A stretch of DNA of 64,000 nt from an uncultured Flavobacteriales bacterium (GTDB lineage Bacteria; Bacteroidota; Bacteroidia; Flavobacteriales_D; CAJJDF01): contig CAXIAX010000003.1 in the NCBI GenBank assembly GCA_964021785.1, forward strand, positions 1,491-65,490. Reading direction: 5' to 3'. Both the position numbers and the translations under genes were made by a program. The notes below the pieces were generated by a model. The model worked only from the letters and a program-made list of their open reading frames with translations. It was not told the DNA's origin and did no database searches. This document shows positions 21,001 to 29,817 of this stretch, piece by piece (within the stretch, counting starts at the first letter, position 1; the number at the start of each line of letters is the position of its first letter).

Positions 21001-22696
21001 TTGTTTTATATATTTTCCCTGAGGGTGAAATAACACTATCACAATTCGTTATACTTACATTAGCAAAGGAAGAGTTATTAATAGTTAGCGAAAACCTCAA
21101 CAAGCTATCACAACCAAATTTATTTGGCAATGTATCGTTTTGAATACCATTGATTTTCCAAGTTTTTCCACTTGGCGAAACAAAACTATCGCATGCCGTA
21201 ATATTTTGTGTTACCACTACATTACTTCCCGATAAAGTAAAAGGATTTATTTTCGAATTGTTTGATGCATCATTATCATTCTCTGTCCCATTAATTGTTG
21301 TAGAGTCTATTCTTGCAGTAAAAGTATGAACACCACTTGTAGATGTTATTGCAGGTAAAGAGATGGTTACGCAATTTCCTGCTTGTAAGTTTCCCGTCCA
21401 GTTAAAGGTACTTTCTGCTCCTGCATCAACTTTATATTTAATATCAAATGAGGTTGTAGAATCTATAGATGAAACATTACAAACATTAATACTTGGAATA
21501 AATGTAGTTGAACAAATTGTATCTAACGGCACATAGATTGTGTCTATATTTAAATCAATTACAGGAGGAGCACTACAATTATTGTTACTCACCAAATCGT
21601 TTCTTATTCCTCCTGGAGCTAGTACTGCTCTCATTCTTGTAACTTGATTGGGTGTAAAATCCGAAGCGCAAGCCCCATTTTGATATTGCATGTAGTTTTC
21701 CTTATTATCCAACAAACAATAATTGGAATCACAATAATTGCCAGAACCTACAATTGTAGGGGGAGTATCACAACATCTATCACCATTTGTACCGCAGCTT
21801 GCTCCACTTGCTCCTCCACAAGAAGTTGTTCCTTCAAAAGTATGGTACAAGTTTAAAAAATGTCCAATTTCATGGGTAAATACTCGATTGTCATCAGTTA
21901 CTGACCATAAGTTATACCCCAAAGTTCCTGTAGGATCATTTCCTACAGCCGAAGAAACCATTACTACACCATCATAAGGAGAAGGTGCTCCCGGAAAATA
22001 AGCATAACCTTGCACACCTCCAGTGTAACCGGTTGAATAAATATTTTTTAAATTTTTAATTTTATTTACCACCCACACATTCATGTATTTGGTATGATCC
22101 CAATTTACCATAGATTTTAAGGCTAAATCACTTCTCCAAGCTGTAGCTGTATGGTACACACCACTGTCCAAATAATCTTGATTTCCAGACATATCATGCC
22201 TTGTAACTCCTGTAGTCAAATTTCCACTAGGATCTCTTTTTGCCATACAAAACTCAATTTCTGCATCTACACCTAGTGGTCCTGAGTTTGCTATTCCTCC
22301 ATCTGCTGCTGTTCTTCTAAAATCACGATTTAAAGCCGCAATACAAGAAACTATTTGTGCATAAGAAATATTAGTTTGAACCCCTACTGCTTCTCCAGAA
22401 TGCATAATATGAAAGACTACAGGAATTGTGTAAACTACACCTGATGCTCTACTAGAATTTTGTTGCGCTATATAATTTTGTAGCTGCTGTTCTACTCCTT
22501 GTCTTATTTGTACATAAGATGGATTTGTTCTTAATAACTCTGCATCCAAGTAACTTGAAGCACATTGTTCCCCAGGAAACGGAACATTAGATGAAGTTGA
22601 AACGGGCGTATTTATTGGGTTTAAATTAGTCCCTTGAGAAATGGAATAAATACTAAATAATAAGAAAACTAATATAAGTTTATTTTTTTTCATCAT
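18059..22696 (-). CDS. T9SS cargo: M43 (pappalysin/cytophagalysin-like) zinc metalloprotease with 13 two-Cys repeats, an inserted domain, Ig-like modules and a type B (gliding-motility-associated) C-terminal sorting domain
   Basis: Signal peptide. HEIGHFLNLYH (aa 275-285, nt 21842-21874) followed by CCDTPPT. Repeats of C-D-S...G-C-D-S at aa ~500-775 and ~1010-1300. The C-terminus is NIFSPDGNGENDVLRVEG...FNRWGNIVF...WDGTYKGQLVNQGVFVYFV. Confidence 0.85.
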   Translation of the reverse strand: MMKKNKLILVFLLFSIYSISQGTNLNPINTPVSTSSNVPFPGEQCASSYLDAELLRTNPSYVQIRQGVEQQLQNYIAQQNSSRASGVVYTIPVVFHIMHSGEAVGVQTNISYAQIVSCIAALNRDFRRTAADGGIANSGPLGVDAEIEFCMAKRDPSGNLTTGVTRHDMSGNQDYLDSGVYHTATAWRSDLALKSMVNWDHTKYMNVWVVNKIKNLKNIYSTGYTGGVQGYAYFPGAPSPYDGVVMVSSAVGNDPTGTLGYNLWSVTDDNRVFTHEIGHFLNLYHTFEGTTSCGGASGASCGTNGDRCCDTPPTIVGSGNYCDSNYCLLDNKENYMQYQNGACASDFTPNQVTRMRAVLAPGGIRNDLVSNNNCSAPPVIDLNIDTIYVPLDTICSTTFIPSINVCNVSSIDSTTSFDIKYKVDAGAESTFNWTGNLQAGNCVTISLPAITSTSGVHTFTARIDSTTINGTENDNDASNNSKINPFTLSGSNVVVTQNITACDSFVSPSGKTWKINGIQNDTLPNKFGCDSLLRFSLTINNSSFANVSITNCDSVISPSGKIYKTTGTYQDTIANSQGCDSLMTLNITISNVTIVNNPAIIACDSIQINTKWYYSSQNINDTIATGSCDTIKITPLTINNTTSSITTITVCDSMVSGSGKVYKNSGFFRDTMPNSKGCDSLVEYYLTVNKSTLSNVMVTACNSYTTPLGSTYTVSGIYGDTLTTTLGCDSVILTHLIIDTIERITLDTNLCFGDSIILSNGTVVKTTGTYYDTAAGSIGSNVIYSEDFEGATSSFTLNTNDTNAITPGASDNAWIINNSYLGGNVFGSPIVNTPNQDAAVTGNINSTYLHIHNRRSAILSFPSITNSNYIDGNIVLLGGQNGLNFSKMTNDISTVGKSLVSFDMYYLCRGSYGRLYYSLNSGVTWTRIGGQINNGGQNWSHFSLVDSVFANQPTLRFAVGFNNINGLGVTPGFAVDEIVVRGVGNSSSNCGSITTINLTTQNAITSTQSLTACDSLISPSGKIWKISGTYQDTIPSAAGCDSLMTINLTLSTTTYINQADTACDSLVWRLKSRTVSGLHYDTVSSIGCDTIYVLDLLINNSYVINTPIITCDSFTLSNGNIVYTNGVYADTLVSSKGCDSLVNYNVSITTESSSTITQVACGTYISPSGKSFTATGTYMDTIPNSGGCDSVISINLTILTATSTSSTVSACDNYTLPGGTSVTVSGIYRDTLSASNGCDSIIVTSLTLGSSSNITQTFSLCAGQTVAVGTNTYGATGIYRDTIVTALGCDSIINTNLLINPLTPGTITFTADMCQDAAPVTFMATPMGGRWGGPGIDSISGVFNPVTSGMGIHVVTYKGPGACGVTDSAIVEVFSAPTINNTVTEDECDEGSGEIDISVFGGTPTINYVWSTGETTEDLIGLKKGNYTLTVTDVNGCFAKETITVLNVTTPDCNYNIFVPNIFSPDGNGENDVLRVEGNGIEKLEFSVFNRWGNIVFRTTSPGDGWDGTYKGQLVNQGVFVYFVSGKFVDGTSFEDKGTVTVIRR

Positions 22697-22900
22697 AAAA
22701 TGGATTTAAACTACTTGTAATATACCATTTTAAAACGAACTTAAGATTTATATAGTTGCTATTTTTTTTACTTTAAGCTAAAATAAAATCAATTTAAGAT
22801 AAACCTCAATATGCTCAATTTTTATAATTAAATCATGAGTTGTAATTCCTATTATTTAAAACTAAAAAAATGAAACTTTGTTTCCACAAAAAACAATCAA

Positions 22901-23977
22901 TTATTTTATTGCGAAGCTTAATGAGAAAACATTGGAATAAAGTGCCAAAGTTTGGTTTCCTATATTTGAAAGAGCATAATCAATATTAAATTTTTTGAAT
23001 TTAATTCCTACTCCTACATTTGGAGAAATAGATAAAGATTCTGAACCATCATATTGCCTTACCCATTGCATGTTGTTTAATCCTGCTCTTAAATAAACTA
23101 TACTTTTATATCCTAAATCTATTCCTAATCTTGGTGCAACACTAAATGCATTACTTCTAATTAATGAATTTCTTTTTCCATCCAAAGTAGCATCAAAATT
23201 CAATTCTGAATTTAATCCAAATTTATCACTTAGCTTAAAATATCTAGACCCTCCTACAATTATTCTTGGCAAAGTAAGCTCTGTAGAATTTTCAGGAATT
23301 TCATTTCCTGTTCTATTAAAAACCTCTCTCGTTTCATCATCTATAGAGTAACTCCAAGCATTTACTGTGGTAGTTACATCTCTTATAACACCAGAAAATC
23401 GCCATTCCTTATATTCATAATTTATAGATGCATCTATTCCAAAACCCCAAGAGTTTGCAAAATTTCCTATTCTTCTGTGAATGATTTTGAAATTGGCTCC
23501 AACATCAAATCCCTTTGGTAATTTTCTCGCATAAGAAACCAATAAAGCATAATCTGCAGCTGAAAACCTTGTAATTCTATCGTAGTCTATGTTACCGTCT
23601 TTATCTATTAATTGAGTTGTATTAGGAATATCATCTGTACCAAATCTTATTAATGAAATAGCTCCTACACTTTTCTCGTCCAGTCTTTTACTTACTCCAA
23701 TATAATCGTATTTTGCTATTCCGGCAAAATATTCAGAATGCATAAGTCCTACCTGTATGTCTTTTTCTATTTTAAGTAATCCTGCTGGGTTATAATATCC
23801 TGCTGTAACATCATCTACACTTGATATTACCGAGTTTCCCATTCCAAAATTCTTTGCTCCTACACCTATCGCCAAAAACTCATTGCTATATTTGGGTGCG
23901 TTTGTTTGTGCATAATTAATCCCTACAAAAAGTAAAGTAATTGCTACTATTAAAAATTGATTGAATATTCCTTTCAT
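22901..23977 (-). CDS. PorV/PorQ family outer-membrane beta-barrel protein (FadL-like)
   Basis: Signal peptide, then NEFLAIGVGAKNFGMGNSVISSVDDVTAGYYNPAGLL, which matches the N-terminal motif of the PorV/PorQ family. Beta-strand alternation and a terminal FAIK. Confidence 0.6.
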   Translation of the reverse strand: MKGIFNQFLIVAITLLFVGINYAQTNAPKYSNEFLAIGVGAKNFGMGNSVISSVDDVTAGYYNPAGLLKIEKDIQVGLMHSEYFAGIAKYDYIGVSKRLDEKSVGAISLIRFGTDDIPNTTQLIDKDGNIDYDRITRFSAADYALLVSYARKLPKGFDVGANFKIIHRRIGNFANSWGFGIDASINYEYKEWRFSGVIRDVTTTVNAWSYSIDDETREVFNRTGNEIPENSTELTLPRIIVGGSRYFKLSDKFGLNSELNFDATLDGKRNSLIRSNAFSVAPRLGIDLGYKSIVYLRAGLNNMQWVRQYDGSESLSISPNVGVGIKFKKFNIDYALSNIGNQTLALYSNVFSLSFAIK

Positions 23978-24015
23978 AATCGATTAACGGTTATTGTTTT
24001 TAAATAGTATTTATT

Positions 24016-25056
24016 TTAATTAAAACTATTCATATTTAAATCAGAAAAATGCTTTTTGAACTTAACAAACCTAGAAAAAACTACACTTTTATTATAAATC
24101 CCCTTGGTATTTGATGTTATTCCTTTGGTAGCTTGTAGCAATTGTTTTCTTTTCTTTTTCATTTCGGAGAATTGTCCTACAAAATGAAATTGAGCTTTTA
24201 TTACTTGTCCTCCTGCTCTAAATTCTCCATTTGCTATAAAAGCAAAAGCGGCTACATAATCCAAACAAATTCTCCACACCATTTTAAAAAACAAATAGTT
24301 TCCTCTATAGTTTTTATACAAAGTGAATAAACTGTTTCTAAAATTCAGATATACTTTTCTTGGACTCATATAGTTTAATGTCCCTCCACCCAAATGATAA
24401 ACTACAGAGGCAGGATTTACCATTATTTTTTGTCCATGAAGTTTCATTCTCCAGCACAAATCTATTTCTTCCATGTGGGCAAAGTAATCTTCGTCAAAAC
24501 CTCCCATTTCGTGAAAAGAATTACTCCTCACAAACATGCAAGCTCCTGTTGCCCAAAAAATTTCTTCTATTGAATTGTATTGTCCTTTATCTTCTTCTAT
24601 ATCATCAAACACTCTTCCTCTACAAAAAGGGTATCCGTTTTTATCTAAATAACCTCCAGATGCTCCCGCATGCTCAAAAAAAGATTTCTTTTTATAGGCT
24701 AACACCTTTGGCTGACAAGCCGAAATAGCTTTATCATTTTCCATTAAATTTAATATTGGTGCAATCCAATTGGGGGTTACCTCAACATCCGAATTTAGTA
24801 AAACATAATAGTCAAACCTTCCTTCTATTTGTTTCAAGCCATCATTATAGCCCTTTGCAAATCCTCCGTTTTCGGTATTGTGTATTATCTCTATATCTGG
24901 ATAGTTTTTTTTAAGAAAATCAACAGAATCATCTGATGAGTGGTTATCAATAACCACCACCTTATGTTCTCCAGAATTTGAAACAACCGAAGGTAAATAA
25001 GTCTCCAGGTGTTGTTTCCCGTTCCAGTTCAATATGATTATTCCCAACTTATCCAT
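24016..25056 (-). CDS. family 2 glycosyltransferase
   Basis: GIIILNWNGKQHLETYLPS, VVVIDNHSSDDS, LLNSDVEV and EEIDLCWR motifs. Confidence 0.85.
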   Translation of the reverse strand: MDKLGIIILNWNGKQHLETYLPSVVSNSGEHKVVVIDNHSSDDSVDFLKKNYPDIEIIHNTENGGFAKGYNDGLKQIEGRFDYYVLLNSDVEVTPNWIAPILNLMENDKAISACQPKVLAYKKKSFFEHAGASGGYLDKNGYPFCRGRVFDDIEEDKGQYNSIEEIFWATGACMFVRSNSFHEMGGFDEDYFAHMEEIDLCWRMKLHGQKIMVNPASVVYHLGGGTLNYMSPRKVYLNFRNSLFTLYKNYRGNYLFFKMVWRICLDYVAAFAFIANGEFRAGGQVIKAQFHFVGQFSEMKKKRKQLLQATKGITSNTKGIYNKSVVFSRFVKFKKHFSDLNMNSFN

Positions 25057-25100
25057 TTCTCAAATATAGAGAGTTATTGAAGATTCACCAATTAATAATT

Positions 25101-26219
25101 CTATTTAACCTCTCTCACCTGACGGAAAGATAATCCTAATGCTTTTCCAAAATACCTCACAGTTTTCAATTCTTTAGAATTAACCAAGCACAAAGAAACT
25201 CCAGATTTTCCTGCACGTGCAGTTCTTCCACTTCTGTGTGTGTAATATTCTTCTTTATCTGGCATTTGGTAATGAACCACATAAGATAAATCTGCTACAT
25301 CTATTCCTCTAGCTGCAATATCAGTGGCTATCAATGTTCTAATCGATTCATTTTTGAAAGCACGCATTACTTTGTCTCTTTCTTTTTGCAATAAATCTCC
25401 ATGAATGGCTCCAGAAGAAATGTTCTTTGCTTCTAATTGTTGAGCTAATAAAATGGTTGCTTTCTTTGTTTTACAAAAGATAAGCCCTCTATTTTTATGT
25501 TCCGATTTCAAGAATTGAATCAATGCATTAAATTTATCTGCATCATCACAAACCAAATATAAGTGCTCTATGTTTTTGTTTACAACATCCTTACTCACAT
25601 TTATTTTTTTCGCATTAGGCGACATGTGCGTATTCACTATTTGCTTTATTCCTTCTGGCAAAGTTGCTGAGAACAGCCATTTGTTTTGTACCGAAGTCAT
25701 AAACCCAAGAATCTCATCCAATTCTTTTTTGAATCCCATACTCAACATTTCATCTGCTTCATCCATCACTACTGTGTGAACTTTACGTAAATCAATGTCT
25801 TTTCTTCTTACCAAATCTATCAATCTCCCTGGAGTAGCTACAACAATGTGTGTTGGTCTTTTCAGGTTTTTTATTTGAATATCGATATGTTGACCTCCAA
25901 ATATCGCTTCTACAAATATCTTTTCACTGTACTTAGTAAATTTGAATAATTGCTTAGCTATTTGCTGTCCCAACTCTCTTGTAGGTGCTAATATTACTCC
26001 TTGAATATAATCTTTTGTAGGATCTACTTTTTGCAACAAAGGCAAACCAAAAGCGGCTGTTTTTCCTGTCCCTGTTTGTGCTTGACCTACTAAATCTGTA
26101 TCGTAGTCTAAAAGCATAGGAATTACCTGCTCCTGAATTTCAGTAGGATTTATAATTTTAAGTTCCGTAAGCCCTTTAATGAAGCTTTTGTTTACTCCTA
26201 ATTCTTTGAATGTTTTCAT
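25101..26219 (-). CDS. DEAD-box ATP-dependent RNA helicase
   Basis: Q-motif F..LG, AQTGTGKTAAF, PTRELG, DEADEM, SAT, HRSGRTARAG. Confidence 0.9.
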   Translation of the reverse strand: MKTFKELGVNKSFIKGLTELKIINPTEIQEQVIPMLLDYDTDLVGQAQTGTGKTAAFGLPLLQKVDPTKDYIQGVILAPTRELGQQIAKQLFKFTKYSEKIFVEAIFGGQHIDIQIKNLKRPTHIVVATPGRLIDLVRRKDIDLRKVHTVVMDEADEMLSMGFKKELDEILGFMTSVQNKWLFSATLPEGIKQIVNTHMSPNAKKINVSKDVVNKNIEHLYLVCDDADKFNALIQFLKSEHKNRGLIFCKTKKATILLAQQLEAKNISSGAIHGDLLQKERDKVMRAFKNESIRTLIATDIAARGIDVADLSYVVHYQMPDKEEYYTHRSGRTARAGKSGVSLCLVNSKELKTVRYFGKALGLSFRQVREVK

Positions 26220-26237
26220 AATGCATTTTTATCTTCA

Positions 26238-26245
26238 CAAAAGTA
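26238..26245 (-). promoter_or_regulatory. -7 box TAnnTTTG upstream of the DEAD-box helicase
   Basis: The minus strand reads tacttttg, about 18 nt before the start at 26219. Confidence 0.4.
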
Positions 26246-26328
26246 ATGCAATAGTTAGGAGTATCAGCTATTATTAAGGCAAAATTCACATATTACTTGA
26301 ACTCTACCAATTTCTTCTGTTCAGCCAA

Positions 26329-26946
26329 TCATTTTTTATCCAAAAAAGTAATTTCCACTCCCTCCATCTCTTCAAAATAAGTAGAAATAGAAGGTGATTT
26401 CTTTAGAGATATTCTAAAACTAATTTCACAGCTTGTTTCAAAAACTTGCGAAATTACATCTAGCTTTTGTTGTTTTACAAAATTCATGACTTCACTCATT
26501 TCAGGATATTCGAAGTTAATTTTGTAATAGTTCATTATTTCTTGCTCCACTATTTTACCTGCATCAATTGCTTCTTTGGCTGCAATCTTATAGGCCGAAA
26601 TTAATCCGCCAACTCCCAATTTTGTCCCACCAAAATAACGAACCACAATAATTAAAACATTAGTAATTTCTGCAGATAATAATTGCCCATAGATAGGTTT
26701 CCCTGCCGAGTTTGAAGGTTCTCCATCATCATTTGCTCGGTAGCGTTCTTCTGCTCCCACTCCTAGTCTATATCCATAACAATGATGTCTGGCTGCATTG
26801 TGTACTTTTCTTATCTCTTCAAGCTTTTCTTTTACATCCTCTTCGGAATACACAGGAAAAGCATATCCAAAAAACTTACTCCCCTTCTCTTTATACAAGC
26901 TTTCGCTTGGTGCATTAAGAGTATGATATTTAGAGATTGTTGACAT
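26329..26946 (-). CDS. YigZ/IMPACT family protein
   Basis: EKGSKFFGYAFPV, ARHHCYGYRLG, DDGEPSNSAGKPI and RYFGGTKLGVGGL. Start set to MSTISKY (ATG 26944-26946), which overlaps the upstream stop by 1 nt. Confidence 0.85.
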   Translation of the reverse strand: MSTISKYHTLNAPSESLYKEKGSKFFGYAFPVYSEEDVKEKLEEIRKVHNAARHHCYGYRLGVGAEERYRANDDGEPSNSAGKPIYGQLLSAEITNVLIIVVRYFGGTKLGVGGLISAYKIAAKEAIDAGKIVEQEIMNYYKINFEYPEMSEVMNFVKQQKLDVISQVFETSCEISFRISLKKSPSISTYFEEMEGVEITFLDKK

Positions 26947-27803
26947 TACCAAATAGAGATTTGAAGAAAAAATATGGCTATAAACGCTACAGCTATACCA
27001 ATCCAATTTATTACCGTGAGCTTATCCTTGTAAATTACGTACCCAATAAAAATAGACAAAACTAAACTCCCAATATGCAATACAGGTAAAATGGAAGTAC
27101 TATCTACTGAGCTATTCAAACATTTTACAAAAAAATAAACTCCCAAGGTATTGGGAATAGATAATACCAATCCTGCTACCAAACTCCTAAAAGTTATTTT
27201 TTTTAATTGCGAAATCAGAATTATTATTCCAAAAAGAAACGAAAACAAAAAGGAGGTAATAACAAACAAACCAATTTCACTAGAATCTTTAAAGTAATCT
27301 TTTTGGGTTACATTAATTATTGTTTCTGCTATTCCCGTGAATACAAAAACAGCCAATGGAAGCCAAATTAGTTTAGAGTTGTTATCCTTCGATTTTTTAT
27401 TTCTCGTGATAAAAAATATCGCCAAAAAAGTAAGAAATATCCCAATCGTCTTAGATACTGAAACTAGTTCATTGTACCACAAAACCGTTATAAGAATAGG
27501 GATTCCTATACTCATTTTATTGGCAAATGTAGCAAACGAAACTCCTCTAAGTTGAGCCGTTCTGGCAATGATATAAAAATTGAAGAGAAACAAAAATCCA
27601 ATAAGTATACTTTGCCACAGGTACGGACTTTTTGGTATATCTATTAATTGACTTGGGGTAACAAAAAGAAACAAACCAATAATTATTGCCCCTAAATAAT
27701 TGAAAATAATAGCATGTAACGTATTCACTTTATGCTTATCGAATTCTTTGAATAAGACCACAGAAAATACGGGTAGAGCTATTGCCAAAATAATATCTAT
27801 CAT
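26946..27803 (-). CDS. DMT/EamA-like multi-pass membrane transporter
   Basis: 285 aa with about 10 hydrophobic segments in two halves. It overlaps ribD by 4 nt. Confidence 0.5.
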   Translation of the reverse strand: MIDIILAIALPVFSVVLFKEFDKHKVNTLHAIIFNYLGAIIIGLFLFVTPSQLIDIPKSPYLWQSILIGFLFLFNFYIIARTAQLRGVSFATFANKMSIGIPILITVLWYNELVSVSKTIGIFLTFLAIFFITRNKKSKDNNSKLIWLPLAVFVFTGIAETIINVTQKDYFKDSSEIGLFVITSFLFSFLFGIIILISQLKKITFRSLVAGLVLSIPNTLGVYFFVKCLNSSVDSTSILPVLHIGSLVLSIFIGYVIYKDKLTVINWIGIAVAFIAIFFLQISIW

Positions 27804-28861
27804 GACACTACTTTGTTTTTATAAATAGACAAATAATCATTTCCTACCCATTTGGTATCTATTGGGTTTAGATTTAATTGAGGAGCTTTTACTCCACTTT
27901 CAAATTTTTTTTCATTTTCGAATACAAAAGCTTCATCCCAATAACCACTAGCAATAAAACTACTAAGGGTAAATTCTCCTCCTTCCACAATCAAAGATTG
28001 AATATTTTCTTGGTATAATTTATTGAGTAAATTTTTAATGAACTCGTTATCAAAATCTATTTTTATCCCTTTACAATCTCCTTCCTCAAAATCTGAAATA
28101 GAATTTATAATCAATGTGTTAGATTCATAATTAAATATAGAAAAATCATTCTTTGTTTTCCACAATTCCAATTGCCTATCCAATACAATTCTTACCGGAT
28201 TATTACCCGGGTAATTACGAGTAGTAAGACTTGGGTTATCGGCCAATACGGTATTCTTCCCTACTAAAATTGCCATTTCCTCACTGCGGATCTTATGCAC
28301 CAATTCCTTGGTAAGTTCTCCTGTAATCCATCTTTCTTGTGAATGAAATTCTTTGTCTGGAGCTATAAAACGATCACTTGTTTGTGCCCACTTAAGGATT
28401 ACAAAAGGCCTTTGTTCTTCATGAAAAGTAAAAAACCGTTTATTCAATTCTCTACATTCCTCTTCTAATACTCCAATCGTTACATCTACCCCTTTATTTT
28501 TTAGCATTTCTATGCCTTTTCCTGCTACCAAAGAGAAAGTATCTACACACCCAATTATTACTTTAGGAATTTTGTTTTCTATTATTAAATTGGCGCAAGG
28601 TGGGGTTTTACCCGTGTGAGAACAAGGCTCTAGACTAACGTACAAAGTAGATTGAGAAATATAAGGCTTGTTTTTATCTTTTACAGAGTTGATACAGTTT
28701 ACTTCTCCATGACTTCCGCCATACGGACTTGTAAATCCTTCGCCTATGATTGTATCCTTGTATACCAATACAGCTCCTACTGCCGGATTAGGCATTGCTG
28801 ATGGCAATCCTTGAGCTGCCAACTCTAGGCATCTACTCATGTATGATTCGTGTGTTTTCAA
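27800..28861 (-). CDS. ribD: bifunctional riboflavin biosynthesis deaminase/reductase RibD
   Basis: ESYMSRCLELAAQG, NPAVGAVLV, HGEVNCI, YVSLEPCSHTGKTPPCANLI, and a C-terminal reductase ending in LIVEGGEFTLSSF. Apparent TTG start. Confidence 0.9.
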   Translation of the reverse strand: MKTHESYMSRCLELAAQGLPSAMPNPAVGAVLVYKDTIIGEGFTSPYGGSHGEVNCINSVKDKNKPYISQSTLYVSLEPCSHTGKTPPCANLIIENKIPKVIIGCVDTFSLVAGKGIEMLKNKGVDVTIGVLEEECRELNKRFFTFHEEQRPFVILKWAQTSDRFIAPDKEFHSQERWITGELTKELVHKIRSEEMAILVGKNTVLADNPSLTTRNYPGNNPVRIVLDRQLELWKTKNDFSIFNYESNTLIINSISDFEEGDCKGIKIDFDNEFIKNLLNKLYQENIQSLIVEGGEFTLSSFIASGYWDEAFVFENEKKFESGVKAPQLNLNPIDTKWVGNDYLSIYKNKVVS

Positions 28862-29057
28862 GAATCAAAATTAACTTAAAAATGCCTATAAAACAAAAAC
28901 AGACCTTACTCCTTGAAGTAAACTCTGCCTTTGTCGTAAAAAAGAAAAAAGAGATAGTGTATCACTATTCTACTCTTATTACGACCTCATATCTTAAATG
29001 GTTGGGTCTGTTTAAAAAAAATTCAAAAATAATAGTTAAAACACTTAAATACAAGCA

Positions 29058-29092
29058 TAAAAAAAAGCGATATTATTTAAAATATCGCTTTT
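29058..29092 (-). terminator. rho-independent terminator after the K/E/A-rich protein gene
   Basis: aagcgatatt (29065-29074) pairs with aatatcgctt (29081-29090), a perfect 10-bp stem. On the minus strand it is followed by T8. Confidence 0.8.
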
Positions 29093-29111
29093 GATTAAAT
29101 AAACAACTCTG

Positions 29112-29795
29112 TTATTTATTAATTTTCTCTTTCAATTTAGCTATTCTCTCTTCCACTTTTGCAATTTTTGCTTCTTTAGCAGCAATTACTTCTTCCGTCA
29201 TAGAACCGTCTAATTTTGCAGCAGCTATTTTTGCTTTTGCAGCAGCTATTTTTTCATCAGCATTAGCAATTTTAGTTGCAGCAACATCTTTCTTTTCAGC
29301 AAGTTTAGCAACTCTTTCTTCTTTCATTGAAGCAATTTCTGCTTTTTTAGCAGATAATTTTTCTTTGTCTCCTTTAATCTCTTCCATTTTAGAAGCTCTT
29401 GCTTCTGCCAATTCCGCTTTTTTAGCTTCTCTCTCAGCAGCCATATCTGCTTTTTTAGCTTCTTTCATTTTAGCAACTTCTGCTTTGTAACTTGCAGTAT
29501 CGTCACCAAATTGTTCTTTAAGCTCTTCTTTCTTAGCTTTCATCTCCTCCTTCATCTCTCCTTTCTTCTCCTTCATGTCAGCCTTAGCTCCATCTCTAAG
29601 CTCTTTCATTTCAGCTTTCTTGTCAGCATGCTTTTCTTTTAAGCCATCTTTCAATTGCTTCTTCTCTGCTTTAATTTCTTTAAGCTCAGATTTTCCTTTC
29701 CCTTCTGCTTTAGCTTTTACAGACTCTATGTTTTGTGAAACTCCTGATAAGCTTAAAGCTAAACCAGCAGATACCAATAATATATTTTTTTTCAT
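29112..29795 (-). CDS. secreted Lys/Glu/Ala-rich low-complexity coiled-coil protein, unknown function
   Basis: Signal peptide MKKNILLVSAGLALSLSGVSQ followed by about 200 aa of KAEMKELRDGAKADMKEKKGEMKEEMKAKKEEL-type repeats. A terminator follows. Confidence 0.6.
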   Translation of the reverse strand: MKKNILLVSAGLALSLSGVSQNIESVKAKAEGKGKSELKEIKAEKKQLKDGLKEKHADKKAEMKELRDGAKADMKEKKGEMKEEMKAKKEELKEQFGDDTASYKAEVAKMKEAKKADMAAEREAKKAELAEARASKMEEIKGDKEKLSAKKAEIASMKEERVAKLAEKKDVAATKIANADEKIAAAKAKIAAAKLDGSMTEEVIAAKEAKIAKVEERIAKLKEKINK

Positions 29796-29817
29796 TGTAT
29801 GATTTTTAAGTTGTTAA

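Noticed and set aside
18059-22696. Periodic DNA repeats as a possible CRISPR or satellite array
   Set aside because: The periodicity is the protein-level two-Cys repeat inside one uninterrupted 1545-codon ORF. The copies are diverged at DNA level and have no spacer/repeat structure.
28862-29055. FMN riboswitch upstream of ribD
   Set aside because: I read the minus-strand leader against the RFN consensus as I remember it (GGGUGAAAUUCCC...ACCGGCGGU...AGCCCGCGA...GUCUGGAUG). None of the conserved core strings is present. Only short nested inverted repeats remain, and these are reported separately at low interest.
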